Position numbers and translations under genes: made by a program. A stretch of DNA of 20,635 nucleotides from Candidatus Krumholzibacteriia bacterium (GTDB lineage: Bacteria; Krumholzibacteriota; Krumholzibacteriia; LZORAL124-64-63). This document shows, piece by piece, positions 18,283 to 20,635 of this stretch. The DNA lies in the NCBI GenBank assembly GCA_046484865.1, contig JAWOID010000037.1, positions 1 to 20,635 on the forward strand. Reading direction: 5' to 3'. The number at the start of each line of letters is the position of its first letter. The first letter of the stretch is position 1. The notes under the pieces were generated by a model. It was not told the origin of the DNA, did not search any database, and saw only the letters and a program-made list of their open reading frames with translations.

Positions 18283-19527
18283 ATGGCGATGCCGAGACGA
18301 GACGAGACGAACGTACAGAACGTGCAGGCGCTCCCCGATGCGGACGGCTTCTTCGGGCCCTACGGCGGCCGCTTCGTGCCTCCACCGCTCGAGGCGCCTC
18401 TTCGCGACCTGGAGAACGCCTTTCTGAGCCTCCGCGAGGACCCCGACTTCCAACGCGAGCTGGACGCGGAGCTGGCCCTCTACTCGGGCCGCCCCACGCC
18501 GCTCTATCACGCCGAGCGGCTGAGCGCGCGGATCGGGGCCACCATCCTGCTCAAGCGCGAGGATCTCAACCACCTGGGCGCCCACAAGCTGAACAACTGC
18601 CTCGGGCAGGCGTTGCTGGCGCGCCGGATGGGCAAGACCAAGCTCATCGCCGAGACGGGCGCCGGACAGCACGGCGTGGCCACCGCGGCCGTGGCCGCCC
18701 GCTGCGGCATGGAGTGCGACATCTACATGGGCGAGGAGGACATGCGCCGCCAGGCGCCCAACGTGCGGCGCATGGAGTTGATGGGCGCCCGCGTGGTGCC
18801 GGCGCTCAGCGGCGACCGCACGCTGACCGCCGCCGTGGACGAGGCGATCGTCGCCTGGGTGGGCGACAGCGAACGCACCCACTACCTGCTCGGGTCGGCC
18901 GTCGGTCCGCATCCCTATCCCTACATGGTGCGCGAGTTCCAGGCGGTGATCGGTCGCGAGGCCCGCCGCCAGTGCCTGGAGCAGCACGGCCGGCTGCCCG
19001 ATCTGCTGGTCGCCTGCGCCGGCGGCGGCAGCAACGCCATCGGGTTGTTCCACCGGTTCCTGCCGGATGCGGAGGTGCGGATGGTGGGCGTGGAGGGTGG
19101 CGGCAGCGGCCCGAAGTCCCGGCGCCATGCCGCGACCATGACCTGCGGCAAGCCCGGCGTCATCCATGGCATGATGACCTACCGGCTGGAGGACGGCGAG
19201 GTGGAGGACGGACACAACCACTGCATCGCCGCCGGTCTCGACTACCCCGGCATCGGTCCCGAACACAGCCACCTGAAGGACACCGGGCGCGTGGAGTACG
19301 AGGCGGTGAACGACGACGAGGTGCTCGCGGCGTTCGAGACCCTCAGCCGCCTCGAGGGCATCATCCCCGCCCTCGAAAGCAGCCACGCCCTGGCCTACCT
19401 GGAGCGCCTGCGGGGAAACCTGCGGCCGGACACGCTGGTGATCGTCAACCTGTCGGGGCGGGGCGACAAGGACCTGGAGGAGTACCAGCTCAGGAAGCCC
19501 GCGCCGGCGCCGCGACCCTCCATCTAG
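18283..19527 (+). CDS. trpB: Tryptophan synthase beta subunit (TrpB1 type), solitary
   Basis: GFFGPYGGRFVP, LKREDLNHLGAHKLNN (PLP Lys), AETGAGQHG, GGGSNAIG, GLDYPG, GIIPALES, NLSGRGDKD. Confidence 0.97.
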   Translation: MAMPRRDETNVQNVQALPDADGFFGPYGGRFVPPPLEAPLRDLENAFLSLREDPDFQRELDAELALYSGRPTPLYHAERLSARIGATILLKREDLNHLGAHKLNNCLGQALLARRMGKTKLIAETGAGQHGVATAAVAARCGMECDIYMGEEDMRRQAPNVRRMELMGARVVPALSGDRTLTAAVDEAIVAWVGDSERTHYLLGSAVGPHPYPYMVREFQAVIGREARRQCLEQHGRLPDLLVACAGGGSNAIGLFHRFLPDAEVRMVGVEGGGSGPKSRRHAATMTCGKPGVIHGMMTYRLEDGEVEDGHNHCIAAGLDYPGIGPEHSHLKDTGRVEYEAVNDDEVLAAFETLSRLEGIIPALESSHALAYLERLRGNLRPDTLVIVNLSGRGDKDLEEYQLRKPAPAPRPSI

Positions 19528-19760
19528 CTTCGTCGCGCGCCGCCGGGTCTTTTCGCCTGGATTTCGTCGAACCTCGCCGGAGGGTCGCAGGCCGCCCGTG
19601 CGCCCGCCGCCGTCTGCCGGCGGCGGGCGTACGCCACGGCGGCGGGCGCCCTCGCTGCCGTGTCAGGGCGCCCCGCTGACGGGCACCGCCGCTCACCCGC
19701 CGCTCGTCCGGTGCTCACCGATTTTTTGCTATTCGAACACAGCCACGCACCGGCTCGATG

Positions 19761-19769
19761 TGCTAGAAT
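19761..19769 (+). promoter_or_regulatory. Extended -10 promoter TG-C-TAGAAT
   Basis: TGCTAGAAT about 65 nt upstream of ATG 19834. Confidence 0.5.
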
Positions 19770-19833
19770 GCGTTCCGTTCCACACCTGCCCGGCGGCGGC
19801 AGAACAGTTCACGGCGACCAAGGAGATGATGGA

Positions 19834-20635
19834 ATGCGTACCTCACGAACTCGCGGGAGACTCGGCGTCGGGTCCCTGATGGCTCTGTTGTTGGTCTTCG
19901 GGGCGGCGGCGGCCGCCCAGGGCCAGGTGCTCATCAACGAGGTCGATGCCGACACGCCGGGCACCGACATGGAAGAATTCGTCGAGCTCTACGGCCCGCC
20001 GAACACGTCCCTGGACGGGCTGGTCCTGGTCTTCTACAACGGAAACGGCGATCTCTCGTACGCCGCCTATGACCTCGACGGCTACACCCTCGATGCCAGC
20101 GGGTTCTTCCTGCTGGGCAACGCCGGGGTGGTGCCGACGCCGTCGATCATCTTCGGGAGCAACGGGCTTCAGAACGGGCCCGACGCCGTGGCGCTCTACA
20201 CCGGTCACGACGTCGACTTCCCGTCCGGCACCCCGGTGACGACGGTCAACCTCGTGGACGCCGTGGTCTACGATACCTCGGACGCCGACGACGCCGGCCT
20301 GCTGGTGCTCACTCCTGGCCAGCCCCAGATCGACGAGAACGCGAACCTCAATGGCGCGTACGAATCGATCCAGCGGAATCCCGACGGCGCCGGCGGAGCG
20401 CTGGTGACCACGTCATATGTGGTCAAGGCTCCCACGCCGGGCGTGAGCAACGCGACCGTCGTCCTGCAGGCGCCGCAGGTCACCAACGTGTACCACCGCA
20501 GCCTGCTGCCGGTGCCCGGCGAGCCGGTCACGGTCTATGCCGACGCCACCGACAGCGACGGTACGGTCACCGAGGTGCGGCTGTACTGGCAGGTCAACGG
20601 CATGGGCCTGACCTCGGTCGCCATGACCCTGTCGG
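19834..20635 (+). CDS. Secreted lamin-tail-domain protein (partial, runs off the window; absent from the ORF track)
   Basis: SD AGGAG; MRTSRTRGRLGVGSLMALLLVFGAAAAAQG signal then VLINEVDADTPGTD.EEFVELY...LQNGPDAVALY...PTPG.SN, followed by an Ig-like PVTVYADATDSDG segment; open to the window end. Confidence 0.9.
   Translation, partial: MRTSRTRGRLGVGSLMALLLVFGAAAAAQGQVLINEVDADTPGTDMEEFVELYGPPNTSLDGLVLVFYNGNGDLSYAAYDLDGYTLDASGFFLLGNAGVVPTPSIIFGSNGLQNGPDAVALYTGHDVDFPSGTPVTTVNLVDAVVYDTSDADDAGLLVLTPGQPQIDENANLNGAYESIQRNPDGAGGALVTTSYVVKAPTPGVSNATVVLQAPQVTNVYHRSLLPVPGEPVTVYADATDSDGTVTEVRLYWQVNGMGLTSVAMTLS

Overview
High-GC bacterial chromosomal window. The FlgD-Ig/PNPFNP C-terminus and lamin-tail secreted proteins suggest an FCB-group lineage such as Krumholzibacteria/Latescibacteria/Eisenbacteria (inference only). 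About 14 genes: a degenerate MliC-like lipoprotein, a macrodomain deacetylase, a small membrane protein, ettA, an apparently leaderless P-loop ATPase, an Irr-like Fur regulator followed by a secreted KatG, a secreted propeller/gluzincin protein, a two-gene operon (Cys-Tyr-motif lipoprotein-like protein plus radical SAM/SPASM enzyme), the DUF2868 + DUF3482-GTPase pair, a trp leader/attenuator controlling a solitary trpB, and a partial lamin-tail protein missing from the ORF track. Intergenic regions carry many tandem repeats and a dispersed ACCCGGGT-centred palindrome. Best candidates for new biology: the rSAM/SPASM + 'TCY' lipoprotein operon (possible protein-modification system), the attenuator-controlled stand-alone TrpB with an altered TrpA-contact helix, the REP-like palindrome family, and the Irr-like/ICE-box/secreted KatG module. 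No CRISPR array, tRNA, rRNA or transposase was seen. All family calls are from motif recognition by eye, not database searches.
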